58,586 nucleotides of DNA from an uncultured Candidatus Saccharibacteria bacterium (GTDB lineage Bacteria > Patescibacteriota > Minisyncoccia > Minisyncoccales > JAGGXC01), in the NCBI GenBank assembly GCA_964445905.1, contig CAYUNN010000010.1, forward strand, positions 1 through 58,586. The letters are read 5' to 3'. The notes under the pieces are model-generated. The model saw only the letters and a list, made by a program, of their open reading frames with translations. It was not told the origin of the DNA and did no database searches. Positions 27,740 to 36,736 of this stretch are shown one piece after another. A program made the position numbers and the translations under genes. The first letter of the stretch is position 1, and every line of letters begins with the position of its first letter.

Positions 27740-29773
27740 ATGGAATTAGTTATAGTCGAATCTCCCATAAAAGCAAAAACGATCCAGAAATTCCTGGGCT
27801 CCAGCTTTAAAGTTCTTTCTTCTTATGGACACGTAAGAGATTTGCCGAAGAATAGATTCGGAGTAGATTTAGAAAGAAACTTTCAGCCTAAATATGTTGT
27901 TCCCCAAAAAGCTAAAAAAGTTGTTAAAGAAATCAAAACAGAATTAAAAAAAAGTGAAAACATAATTCTAGCTACCGATGAAGACCGAGAAGGAGAAGCG
28001 ATAGCATGGCATCTTTATCAAGCCCTAAATTTGAAAGAAGATAATTGTAAAAGAATTGTCTTCCACGAAATTACTGAAAAAGCAATTAAAAGAGCACTAG
28101 AATCTCCGAGAAAAATTAACATTAATTTAGTTGACGCTCAACAAGCGAGAAGAATACTTGATAGAATCGTAGGATATAAATTATCTCCTTTCCTTTGGAA
28201 AAAAATAGTAAAAGGATTATCTGCAGGAAGAGTTCAATCGGTAGCAGTGAGAATAATAGTTGACAGAGAAGAAGAAATTAAAAAATTTGAACCTCAGGAA
28301 TATTGGCAGATTAAAGCTATTCTTAACAAAGAGGAAAAGGATTTTGAATCTCTGCTTTCAAGGAAGAAAAACGAAGAGATACCAAAGCTTGGTATAAAAA
28401 TAAAAGAAGAAGCTGAAAAAATAATAGAAAATTTAGAAGGAGCAGAATATAAAGTAGAAGAAATAAAAAAGAAAGAAATAAAAAGAAATCCTCTTCCTCC
28501 TTTTACTACTAGCACTCTCCAGCAAGAAGGCTGGAAAAGGTTCCGAATGCCAGCAAAATTTACCATGAGACTGGCTCAAAATTTATACGAGAAAGGACTT
28601 ATTACTTATCACCGAACCGACTCTTTGAATCTGTCAGAATCATCTCTTTCTGACGCTAAAAAAATTATTATTAAAAATTATGGGAAAGATTACTGGCCTG
28701 GATTTAAAAGAAAATATAAGGCGAAAGGAAGAGCCCAAGAAGCTCATGAAGCTATTAGACCAACAAATTCCAGTAAAGAACCAGGGAGAATAAAACTAGA
28801 CAGTAATCAATTTAAGATATACAAGCTTATTTGGGAAAGATTTATTGCCTGTCAAATGAGCCAAGCGGAATTTGATGCCACTCAAGTTAAAATTAAGGCA
28901 AAAGAGTATATTTTTAAAACTTCTGGTCAGATTTTAAAATTTGACGGATTCCTTAGGGTCTATTCCCAAAAATTTAAAGAAAGCGAACTGCCAGACTTGA
29001 AAAAAGATGATGTCCTTAAATTGATCAAGTTAGAAAAATCTCAACATTTCACCAAGCCCCCGGCAAGATTTACTGAAGGCTCTTTGATTAAAGAATTAGA
29101 AAAAAACGGGATTGGAAGACCCTCCACTTATGCTCCAGTTATTGCTACTATAAAAGAAAGGAATTATGTAAATAACGACGAGCAAAGAAGATTTTGCCCA
29201 ACTGAAATAGGAATAATGGTTAATGATCTTTTAGTAAAACATTTTCCGCAAATAGTAGATATTAAATTTACAGCAAAAATGGAAAAAGATTTAGACAAAA
29301 TAGCTCAAGGAGAAAAAGAATGGACAAAAATTATAAAGGATTTTTACAATCCATTTGAAAAGAACTTAATTAAAAAACAAAAAGAAGTAGCCAAAAAGGA
29401 AACAGACAAAAAAACAGAACAAAAATGTCCAAAGTGTGGCTCTCCTTTATTAATAAAATTGGGCAGGTTTGGAAAATTTTTTGCTTGTTCTAATTTCCCC
29501 GAATGTAAATTTAGCAAGCCCTTGCCTCCCCCAAAAATAGGAGTGAAGTGTCCTGAATGCAAAGAAGGAGAAATGGTTGAAAGAAAAACTAGAAAGGGAA
29601 AAATATTTTTCGGATGCAATAAATTCCCTGAATGTAAGTTTGCTACTTGGGACAAACCTATTAATAGACTATGTCCCAAATGTAAAAAATTATTAGTAGA
29701 AACAAAAAGCGGGCAGATAAAATGCTCAAGCAAAGAGTGCAATTTTAAAGAAGAAAAAATTGACAAAAGCTAG
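27740..29773 (+). CDS. topA: DNA topoisomerase I
   Basis: IVESP, ATDEDREGE, SAGRVQS, catalytic ITYHRTDS and GIGRPSTY; C-terminal Zn ribbons. Confidence 0.97.
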   Translation: MELVIVESPIKAKTIQKFLGSSFKVLSSYGHVRDLPKNRFGVDLERNFQPKYVVPQKAKKVVKEIKTELKKSENIILATDEDREGEAIAWHLYQALNLKEDNCKRIVFHEITEKAIKRALESPRKININLVDAQQARRILDRIVGYKLSPFLWKKIVKGLSAGRVQSVAVRIIVDREEEIKKFEPQEYWQIKAILNKEEKDFESLLSRKKNEEIPKLGIKIKEEAEKIIENLEGAEYKVEEIKKKEIKRNPLPPFTTSTLQQEGWKRFRMPAKFTMRLAQNLYEKGLITYHRTDSLNLSESSLSDAKKIIIKNYGKDYWPGFKRKYKAKGRAQEAHEAIRPTNSSKEPGRIKLDSNQFKIYKLIWERFIACQMSQAEFDATQVKIKAKEYIFKTSGQILKFDGFLRVYSQKFKESELPDLKKDDVLKLIKLEKSQHFTKPPARFTEGSLIKELEKNGIGRPSTYAPVIATIKERNYVNNDEQRRFCPTEIGIMVNDLLVKHFPQIVDIKFTAKMEKDLDKIAQGEKEWTKIIKDFYNPFEKNLIKKQKEVAKKETDKKTEQKCPKCGSPLLIKLGRFGKFFACSNFPECKFSKPLPPPKIGVKCPECKEGEMVERKTRKGKIFFGCNKFPECKFATWDKPINRLCPKCKKLLVETKSGQIKCSSKECNFKEEKIDKS

Positions 29774-29795
29774 ATACTTGCTAATTTAAATTTAA

Positions 29796-29883
29796 GCCGG
29801 AGTGCTGGAATTGGCAGACAGGGTGGACTCAAAATCCACTGAGGTTACCCCTCGTGTGGGTTCAACTCCCACCTCCGGCACCA
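29796..29883 (+). tRNA. tRNA-Leu (anticodon CAA)
   Basis: GCCGGAG/CTCCGGC acceptor stem, GTGGA-CTCAAAA-TCCAC anticodon arm, long variable arm, GTTCAAC T loop and encoded CCA. Confidence 0.95.
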
Positions 29884-29887
29884 AAGT

Positions 29888-29910
29888 AAAAACCCCTTCC
29901 AAGGGGTTTT
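29888..29910. terminator. Bidirectional intrinsic terminator after tRNA-Leu
   Basis: AAAACCCCTT-CC-AAGGGGTTTT. Confidence 0.85.
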
Positions 29911-29927
29911 ATTAATTGTAAAAAGTT

Positions 29928-30437
29928 TTATTTTTTAGAAAACTTATTAAAAATAATAATTACAATAAAAGCAGATAATAAGCCAACCAAGATTCCACCT
30001 AAAATATCGGAAGGCCAATGAACGCCAGAATATATTCTGCTCACAGCCATAGCAAAAGAGAGACAAAAGAATAATAATCCTATTTTTTTATTATAATAAA
30101 AAACAACCGCTGAAATAGCAAAGAAAAAAGAAGTATGAGCGGAAGGAAAAGAACTAGTGTTAAGACGATCTATCAAGACATTAACATTATTTTCGACAAA
30201 AGGACGCGGTCTTTCCCAAATAATTCTGAATAATTCTGTAATTAATCTAGATAAAAAAGCAGCCGTGAATGCCATTAAAGTCAATCTCCCATATTTTTTA
30301 AAGTTAAAAAATAGAAATAAAAATAACGAAGCAACTAAAATAAAAGGAAGATATTGAGCTAAAAAAATCCCTGCGCCGTCAAAAGACAAGGTTTCTGAAG
30401 TAAAATTATTAATCTTTTCGAATAAAAAAGCATCCAT
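29928..30437 (-). CDS. PAP2-family lipid phosphatase (BcrC-like undecaprenyl-diphosphatase)
   Basis: RPRP, SFPSAH and SRIYSGVHWPSD motifs. Confidence 0.9.
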   Translation of the reverse strand: MDAFLFEKINNFTSETLSFDGAGIFLAQYLPFILVASLFLFLFFNFKKYGRLTLMAFTAAFLSRLITELFRIIWERPRPFVENNVNVLIDRLNTSSFPSAHTSFFFAISAVVFYYNKKIGLLFFCLSFAMAVSRIYSGVHWPSDILGGILVGLLSAFIVIIIFNKFSKK

Positions 30438-31063
30438 TAGTTTTCTTTTCTCTTTAATGCCGAACCAATTCTTAAAACACGAGGTTCAGGCTTAGTTAGG
30501 TCTATCACGGTTGAAGGTTTGTTTATTTCTAAGTCGCCAGCGTCAATAATCAGATCGGGTTGATATTTTTGATTTTTAAATTGATCGACAACCTTATTGA
30601 TTTTAACCGAACTCGGATTGCCAGAAATATTAGCTGAGGTTCCGGTTAATGGTATTTTTAATGCTTCTGAAAGACTATTTATTAAGTCATAATCAGGAAC
30701 TCTAAGACCAATCGTTTCTTCTTTGCCAGAAATCATCAAAGGGAGAGGACATTTTTCTTTTCTTCTCAACACAGCTGTTACTTTCCCAGGCCAAACTTCA
30801 TTTAAAAGAGTTTCTTGAGCTGAACCAATGACAGCATAGTCTTTAGCTGATTCCATGTTTTCAACAAAGATCGAAAGCGCTTTTTCTTTTTGTCTTTTTT
30901 TAATTTTAAAAACTTTTTCTATCGCTTTTTGATTGGTAGCATCAGCTATTAATCCGTAAACTGTATCTGTAGGACAAATTATAACCCTACCTTCTTTGAT
31001 AAGGTCCGAGATTTCTTTAACTAGCTCTTTTAAACTTTTAGAACCATATTTTATAACTCTCAT
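30437..31063 (-). CDS. tsaC: Threonylcarbamoyl-AMP synthase (TsaC/YrdC)
   Basis: PTDTVYGL, KKR, WPG, GTSANISG and PSTVID motifs. Confidence 0.93.
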   Translation of the reverse strand: MRVIKYGSKSLKELVKEISDLIKEGRVIICPTDTVYGLIADATNQKAIEKVFKIKKRQKEKALSIFVENMESAKDYAVIGSAQETLLNEVWPGKVTAVLRRKEKCPLPLMISGKEETIGLRVPDYDLINSLSEALKIPLTGTSANISGNPSSVKINKVVDQFKNQKYQPDLIIDAGDLEINKPSTVIDLTKPEPRVLRIGSALKRKEN

Positions 31064-31111
31064 TTCTTTTAATTAACGCATATTAATATTTACCAATTAA
31101 TCTTGCTTTAG

Positions 31112-32044
31112 TCAAACATTTTTAATTTTAAAATCAACATCATTCTGTCCCCTTGCTTTAGCTGAATAATATTGAGTTAATTGCTTTGCTGTCTTCATTA
31201 TACCATCAGAAAGTCTTTTTTTGCCATAATTTCTAACTAAAGTAACTGGTCCTGAATAATTCTTCATTTCAATCAAAACATCGTTCTTCCGGATAAGACT
31301 ATTTATTCTTTTATTTTCTCTTTCGTCTCTGCCAACAATTATTTTCACCTTCTCCTTCCAAAAATGCCGACCATATTTTAATAATTCAACATCATTTTTA
31401 TTACATTTTGGATAATTAATAAAAAGCCCCATAAGTCTTTCCCCGAATTCAAAATCGGTTAATAAACATCCTCCTGCAGGACTTGGATATTTTTTGATCT
31501 TAAATTTTTCTGCTAACTCTATCTGTTTTTTCCTCTGTCTGCCTGAAATATCAAAAAGATTAATTCTATTAACAAAACCTCTTTTTTCTGGAATAGTTTC
31601 TTCGAGTATTTTTGCCGAGAGAGGACGCAAAAGAAGCCCATTCAAAGAAGATTCTTTTTCAACAACCCGAAGAGATTTTATATTTTGAGACATCGGTCTT
31701 TGACCTAAAACTTCTCCCGTAGCAATAAAGTCAAAATCCTCCTCCTTCATGTATTTTTTTGCCTCTTTAAGCATAAAAATATGACAATCAATGCAAGGAT
31801 TCATAGATTTACCGTACCCATGTTGAGGAGATTTAATTAGTTCTAAGTGTTTTTTTGAAAAATCAATCACCTTTAGATCAATACTGTTTTCTTTTGCTGA
31901 TTTTTTGGCCTGGGCTTCATCAAAGAAACAACTCTTAAAAGTAAGAGCTCTTACTTTTATTCCTTGTTCTTCTAAAATTTTCACCGCCAACATAGAATCT
32001 AGCCCTCCCGAGAATAAAACTAATGCTTTTATTTCTTTACTCAT
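31112..32044 (-). CDS. PP-loop tRNA thiouridylase-like protein (ThiI/MnmA-like, no THUMP domain)
   Basis: FSGGLDS, NPCIDCH, GEVLGQRPMSQ and PAGGCLLT motifs. Confidence 0.85.
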   Translation of the reverse strand: MSKEIKALVLFSGGLDSMLAVKILEEQGIKVRALTFKSCFFDEAQAKKSAKENSIDLKVIDFSKKHLELIKSPQHGYGKSMNPCIDCHIFMLKEAKKYMKEEDFDFIATGEVLGQRPMSQNIKSLRVVEKESSLNGLLLRPLSAKILEETIPEKRGFVNRINLFDISGRQRKKQIELAEKFKIKKYPSPAGGCLLTDFEFGERLMGLFINYPKCNKNDVELLKYGRHFWKEKVKIIVGRDERENKRINSLIRKNDVLIEMKNYSGPVTLVRNYGKKRLSDGIMKTAKQLTQYYSAKARGQNDVDFKIKNV

Positions 32045-32076
32045 AGAATTATTTCAGTCTATCATTTAGAATAAAT

Positions 32077-32104
32077 AAAAAAAGCACTCAAAAAAATGAG
32101 TGCT
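32077..32104 (-). terminator. Intrinsic terminator of the GGGP synthase gene
   Basis: AGCACTCA/TGAGTGCT stem followed by a U-run on the minus strand. Confidence 0.75.
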
Positions 32105-32112
32105 ACAATATT

Positions 32113-32865
32113 TTAATATTCTTTTACCGCTCTAATTATTTTTTCTAGTTGATTGTTTTCCCTTCTTTCAACCACGTTTCCGGTTACAATAATATCTGCT
32201 CCTGCTTTTAATTTCTCTCTGACCATTTCAGGATTTTTTATTCCTCCTCCTACAACTAAGGGAATATCTACATTCGTTTTTATTGTCTTTATCATCTCGT
32301 TAGATATCGGTTTCGGTGCACCAGAGCCCGCTTCAAGATAAAGTAGCTTAGCTCCAAAATATTTTGTATAAAGAGCGTATTGAAGAGCTTTTCGATAATC
32401 ATCTCTTTGTAATAATTCAGCTTTACCTACCTGCCCCGCTTTCATTCCCGGACTTATTATAAGATAACCTGTAGAAATTGGCTCTAATCCCATGGTTTTT
32501 ATGTGCAACGTTCCTTCTACTGCCTCTCTGATTACATATTGAAGATCTTTTGAATTAAGCAGGCTCATAAAAAGAACCCCGTCTGCCAAAACATTTAAAG
32601 CGCTTGCCTCAGAAGGAAACAGAATAATAGGTATCTGTCTTTCTTGAGATTTCCTGACTCTCTTCTTTATTTCCACAATGGTTTCTCCAATTATAGATTT
32701 TTCAATTGGAGACGACCCGCCAATTAAAATAGCATCTGTTCCGGCAGAAAAAGACTCAAAGGCAATCTCGCCTGCAATTTGCGGGAGCTGTTTGTCTGGA
32801 TCAATTAGAGTAAAATGCAGCTTCTCTTCTTTTATTTTCTCTGACAAAAATTTCCAAATTTTCAT
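32113..32865 (-). CDS. Geranylgeranylglyceryl phosphate synthase (GGGPS/PcrB family, group II, archaeal-like)
   Basis: HFTLIDPDKQ, ILIGGS, ILFPS, FMSLLNS, YLEAGSGA, VVGGGIK and AGADIIVTG motifs; SD AGGAGG. Confidence 0.92.
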   Translation of the reverse strand: MKIWKFLSEKIKEEKLHFTLIDPDKQLPQIAGEIAFESFSAGTDAILIGGSSPIEKSIIGETIVEIKKRVRKSQERQIPIILFPSEASALNVLADGVLFMSLLNSKDLQYVIREAVEGTLHIKTMGLEPISTGYLIISPGMKAGQVGKAELLQRDDYRKALQYALYTKYFGAKLLYLEAGSGAPKPISNEMIKTIKTNVDIPLVVGGGIKNPEMVREKLKAGADIIVTGNVVERRENNQLEKIIRAVKEY

Positions 32866-33038
32866 ATTATGCCTCCTATTAAAAAGGTTAAAGCTGTCAT
32901 TATTGAGAAAAAATAATTCAAACTTATTTTCTCGGTAATAAAATCAGCTACGACCGCCGTCCCCTCTACGAAACAATCCGAGGAACAATTTATTTCTATA
33001 AGTGCTTTAATTTTTTCTATCATTTTTTCACCCTTCAT
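32862..33038 (-). CDS. Possible small upstream ORF (53-58 aa) coupled to GGGPS; may instead be a structured leader
   Basis: Open frame from ATG 33038 or 33023 to a TGA overlapping the GGGPS ATG (ATGA); hydrophobic C-terminus. Confidence 0.35.
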   Translation of the reverse strand: MKGEKMIEKIKALIEINCSSDCFVEGTAVVADFITEKISLNYFFSIMTALTFLIGGII

Positions 33039-33079
33039 TTTATTTAATTTAAAAGTGCTAGATTCTTTCTATTCATTAT

Positions 33080-33715
33080 TTAAGGCCTTGTCAAGATTAC
33101 TTCTAATTCTTTTAAATTTCTTATTGAAAAATCAATCTTGTCATTATCTGAATAATCTGTATACCTTCCCTCTCCCCTGTTTATCCTTATCGTAATTATT
33201 TTCGAAAAATCTTCTTTAACTTTTGATAAAATTTCAGGACTATCGTCAATAAAAATTGCTTTTTCTTCTTTTTTTAAAATCCTTGCTAAGCACTCGTTCT
33301 TATTATTCTTTTTTATTATAAATACATCTTTAAAATAATCCTTGATACCTGATTCGTCTATTTTTACTTTAGAAAAGCATCCGTTTTCTCCTCCATAAGA
33401 AATTATATAAAAAGTAAATCTATTCTTAAATTTTTCTAGAAATAACGGAACATCAGAATAAAGAAAATCAGAAGATCTCTTTGTTATTTCGTTTAAATTT
33501 TCTCTCATTTTTTGAATAGAAATATCAGAATTATTCTTAACAATAATTCTAAATTGTTCTTCTGGATCATAAGCCCTTCCTTTTCTTTTTGATTCTTGAA
33601 AACTACTATTAAATAATTTCTCGTTTACTCCAAGAACTTTAAAATCTTTTTTTGTTTCAAGATAAAGCTTTTTAGTAGAATAAAGGGTGTGATCAAAATC
33701 AAAAATTAATTTCAT
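33080..33715 (-). CDS. HAD-superfamily hydrolase
   Basis: IFDFDHTL (motif I), IISYG and FIDDS (motif IV). Confidence 0.88.
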   Translation of the reverse strand: MKLIFDFDHTLYSTKKLYLETKKDFKVLGVNEKLFNSSFQESKRKGRAYDPEEQFRIIVKNNSDISIQKMRENLNEITKRSSDFLYSDVPLFLEKFKNRFTFYIISYGGENGCFSKVKIDESGIKDYFKDVFIIKKNNKNECLARILKKEEKAIFIDDSPEILSKVKEDFSKIITIRINRGEGRYTDYSDNDKIDFSIRNLKELEVILTRP

Positions 33716-33777
33716 AAAATATTATTTAATAATCTATCTTATTTATAGTTTATTGTTATCGACCCTAAAAATCAAAT

Positions 33778-33804
33778 AAAAATACTAGCGGGAAACTAGT
33801 ATTT
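33778..33804 (-). terminator. Intrinsic terminator after the glmU-like gene
   Basis: AAATACTAG/CTAGTATTT stem. Confidence 0.6.
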
Positions 33805-33827
33805 GAAAATAAAATATGCTCTTTTCA

Positions 33828-35081
33828 TTATTTCTTTTTTGCTATGCTTTGAGCCTTAGTATAAAAAATTGTATTGTCTTTTATATTATTTAGCACAATA
33901 GAATGAGGTCCAATTTTACAGCCAGAACCAATCAAAACGCCAGGCATTAAAGAAACGTTGATTCCTATTCTTGTTTCTTTTCCCACTATAACACCTAATT
34001 GGTTTAGCCTGGTATTTATTGCTTTCTCCTTAATAACTGATTTTACCTCTTCTCCGTCAATCCTTACATTAGCAGTAACAGTTCCCGCACCAACCTTACA
34101 TCCCCCGCCAAAAATAGAATCCCCGAAATAGCCAGAATGGGTATGAGTATCTTTTTGAAAAATACACCGAGTCACTTCAGCAAAACCACCAATCAAACAA
34201 CCTTCTTCTATGTTGGAATATTCTCTTATTAAAGCATTATTCCCAACTATGCAATTATCTCCGATATAAGAAGGACCTTTAATCACAGCTCCTTCAAATA
34301 TTTTAACATTTTTTCCTATAAAAACCCTGCCTTTAACCTGAGCTGAATCAAGAATCTTAACCGAACTATGAATGCTCTTTTCTAAAAAATTATCAAACAA
34401 ATAATTTTTCATATTGAATAAGTGCCAAGGATATTTTAAAGAAAAAGTTTTCTTATCAGTTCTTAAAACTCTTACATCTTTTTCTTTAGCATATAACAAT
34501 AACGCTTCTTCAAGAGAATACATGTGAACCGGTACCTTTCTAAGATATCCAAAAAATTCTTCTGGGAGGAAATAAGTCCCTACTACTTTCAAATTAGAGG
34601 GCTCTTTTCCCTTCTCAGGCTTTTCTACCAAATCTAAAACCTTATCTCCTTTTATTTTTAAAATTCCATAAAGCCAGGGATTCTCAGTTTCTCCCGCAAG
34701 CAATATTAATTTATTTTTATCTTTTTTAAATTTATCAATTATTAAATCAATATGTTCTTTAATATCAATTCTTTCTGCGTTAAGAACAAAAAATTGACCT
34801 TTAACAATTTTTTCTGCTTTAAGTATTGCTTCTCCAGTCCCTTTCGGCTCAGACTGAATAACATATTTAATAGGAATCTTGAAATTGTAATTATTTAACT
34901 CCCTTTCAACTTCTTTGCCCGGGCCTTGAACAATGACCACCTCTTTTATCCCTTTTTCTTCTAAACTAGTAATAAGCCAATAAACCAATGGCTTCCCCAT
35001 AATTTTAATAAGGGATTTATGACGTCCATTAATTGGCCAAAATCTTGAAGAAGCTCCTGCTGACAATATTATTGCTTGCAT
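33828..35081 (-). CDS. glmU: Bifunctional sugar-1-phosphate nucleotidylyltransferase/acetyltransferase (archaeal-type GlmU)
   Basis: [28 protein letters not shown] and YPWHL motifs; C-terminal hexapeptide repeats. Confidence 0.85.
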   Translation of the reverse strand: MQAIILSAGASSRFWPINGRHKSLIKIMGKPLVYWLITSLEEKGIKEVVIVQGPGKEVERELNNYNFKIPIKYVIQSEPKGTGEAILKAEKIVKGQFFVLNAERIDIKEHIDLIIDKFKKDKNKLILLAGETENPWLYGILKIKGDKVLDLVEKPEKGKEPSNLKVVGTYFLPEEFFGYLRKVPVHMYSLEEALLLYAKEKDVRVLRTDKKTFSLKYPWHLFNMKNYLFDNFLEKSIHSSVKILDSAQVKGRVFIGKNVKIFEGAVIKGPSYIGDNCIVGNNALIREYSNIEEGCLIGGFAEVTRCIFQKDTHTHSGYFGDSIFGGGCKVGAGTVTANVRIDGEEVKSVIKEKAINTRLNQLGVIVGKETRIGINVSLMPGVLIGSGCKIGPHSIVLNNIKDNTIFYTKAQSIAKKK

Positions 35082-35090
35082 AAAAATTAA

Positions 35091-36068
35091 TTAAATTAAA
35101 GATTTTAAAATTTCATTAACTTTCTGATAACTATGTTCTATTATTTTATCATTAATTAGTAAGTTTTTTCCAATAAATTTATTCCCAGGCAAATCTTCGT
35201 CAAACCTCACTGCATCTATTAATTCAGAATGATTCTCTTTGTAATAATTAATGTTTTTTGAATTAGGAAAGTAATTATTAAATATTACATAATCAACAGC
35301 TAAAGACAAGTAATTTTCTATCTCTTTTGTAAAATCTAAAACAGAAAAACCAGACGTCTCTCCTTTTTTTGTCATTAGATTACAAATAAAAACCTTTCTT
35401 GCCTTACTTTCTAATATCGATTCTTTGATTCCATCAGCTAGCAAACAAGGAATTAAAGAAGAATAAAGATCCCCGGGGCCAATAATAATTAAGTCAGCTT
35501 CTTTAATTTCTTTTAAAACGGGAGGAAAAGCTTTTACTTTTGGCTCAACAAAAACTTTTTTTATTTTAAGATTATGGTTATGTTTTTTGGGAACATCAAT
35601 TTCGTCTTCACCTATAATTTTTTCACCATTTTCTAAAACAGCACAAACATTACTTTTCTCAATTGTAACGGGCAAGCATTTGCCTTTTATCTCTAAAAAA
35701 TCATGCAAAACTTCCAACACTTTGCCATAATTATCAAAAGTTCTTTCAAGAGAAGCTATAAAAACATTGCCAAGATTATGTCCTTTATGTCCTCCTTTAA
35801 AAGTTTTTCCTCCAAACCTAAAATTAAAAAGATCTTTTTTCCATTCTGGAGCTTTAGATAAAGCAAGAAGGTGCCTTCTAATATCTCCTGGAGGCAAAAT
35901 ATCAAACTCTTTCCTAAGTTCTCCGCTAGATCCTCCACTATCAAACATAGAAGAAACAAAAACAACCTCAATAGAATTGCTTATTAAATCGGGCAAAACT
36001 GCTTTAGTCAGAGCGTTCCCCCCTCCGAGACAAACTATTTTTTTATTTTTTTTTATACAATTCTTCAT
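35091..36068 (-). CDS. yvcK: YvcK/GlmR (CofD-like) UDP-GlcNAc-binding protein
   Basis: CLGGG, DSGGSSGELR, PPGDIR, HNLGN, GPGDLYSS and NLMTKKGET motifs; start placed at ATG 36068. Confidence 0.9.
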   Translation of the reverse strand: MKNCIKKNKKIVCLGGGNALTKAVLPDLISNSIEVVFVSSMFDSGGSSGELRKEFDILPPGDIRRHLLALSKAPEWKKDLFNFRFGGKTFKGGHKGHNLGNVFIASLERTFDNYGKVLEVLHDFLEIKGKCLPVTIEKSNVCAVLENGEKIIGEDEIDVPKKHNHNLKIKKVFVEPKVKAFPPVLKEIKEADLIIIGPGDLYSSLIPCLLADGIKESILESKARKVFICNLMTKKGETSGFSVLDFTKEIENYLSLAVDYVIFNNYFPNSKNINYYKENHSELIDAVRFDEDLPGNKFIGKNLLINDKIIEHSYQKVNEILKSLI

Positions 36069-36140
36069 TCGTCTATATAATATAATCTTAACTCTTACAG
36101 AATAAGATATCAAATAAAAAAGCTTAGAAATAATTCTAAG

Positions 36141-36641
36141 CTATAATGTTTCTATTGGTTTAATAAATTCTTTTACATAAAAGAACCAGCTGTCTCTTTG
36201 TTCTGCCCAGTCATCATGCTTTTCTCTGTTTGGATCCTTTAGCTTCTCTAGAATTAATTTAGCAACATCTTCGGGACAGTCACATTCTCCAAGAATATTG
36301 CTACTGCTGTCCTGCAATTCCCACTTGTATTTTTTCTTATAACGCTCAACGAAAAGTTTTTCTAGATTGCTAACAGCTTTTTTTATTTTTGCTTCGGTAT
36401 CAGCATACCAGAAGTTTGTTCCTAAAGACAGCTCCAATGTTGTTGCTATCAATCTAGCGTCAGCAGCAGAAATACCATCAATATTTCCACTATACCAATC
36501 AACTATTTCTAGCAATTTCCCCTCTGCGTCTTGATCTACCAGTTTTTGATTACCGGGAAGAGGAATCCCTGTTCTTATTCTCTTCGCTAATTCTGCAATC
36601 TTGCCTCTTATCTTAACATGCATTGATTCTTCTCTATTCAT
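36141..36641 (-). CDS. Hypothetical protein (orphan)
   Basis: 166-aa ORF with an upstream TTGACA and GAGG; no recognisable motif. Confidence 0.7.
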   Translation of the reverse strand: MNREESMHVKIRGKIAELAKRIRTGIPLPGNQKLVDQDAEGKLLEIVDWYSGNIDGISAADARLIATTLELSLGTNFWYADTEAKIKKAVSNLEKLFVERYKKKYKWELQDSSSNILGECDCPEDVAKLILEKLKDPNREKHDDWAEQRDSWFFYVKEFIKPIETL

Positions 36642-36690
36642 TTTTAAAACCTCTAATATTTTTTTAACTTAAACTAGTAATTTGTCAAAT

Positions 36691-36713
36691 AAAAACACCT
36701 CTGTTACAAGGTG
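36691..36713 (-). terminator. Intrinsic terminator after glmS
   Basis: CACCT...AGGTG stem followed by a U-run on the minus strand. Confidence 0.55.
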
Positions 36714-36736
36714 GTATTATCTAATAAGTCTTGAAT

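Noticed and set aside
29796-29910. Integrated element at tRNA-Leu (or at tmRNA)
   Set aside because: No integrase, and I saw no duplicated 3' tRNA or tmRNA fragment. The flanking genes are housekeeping.
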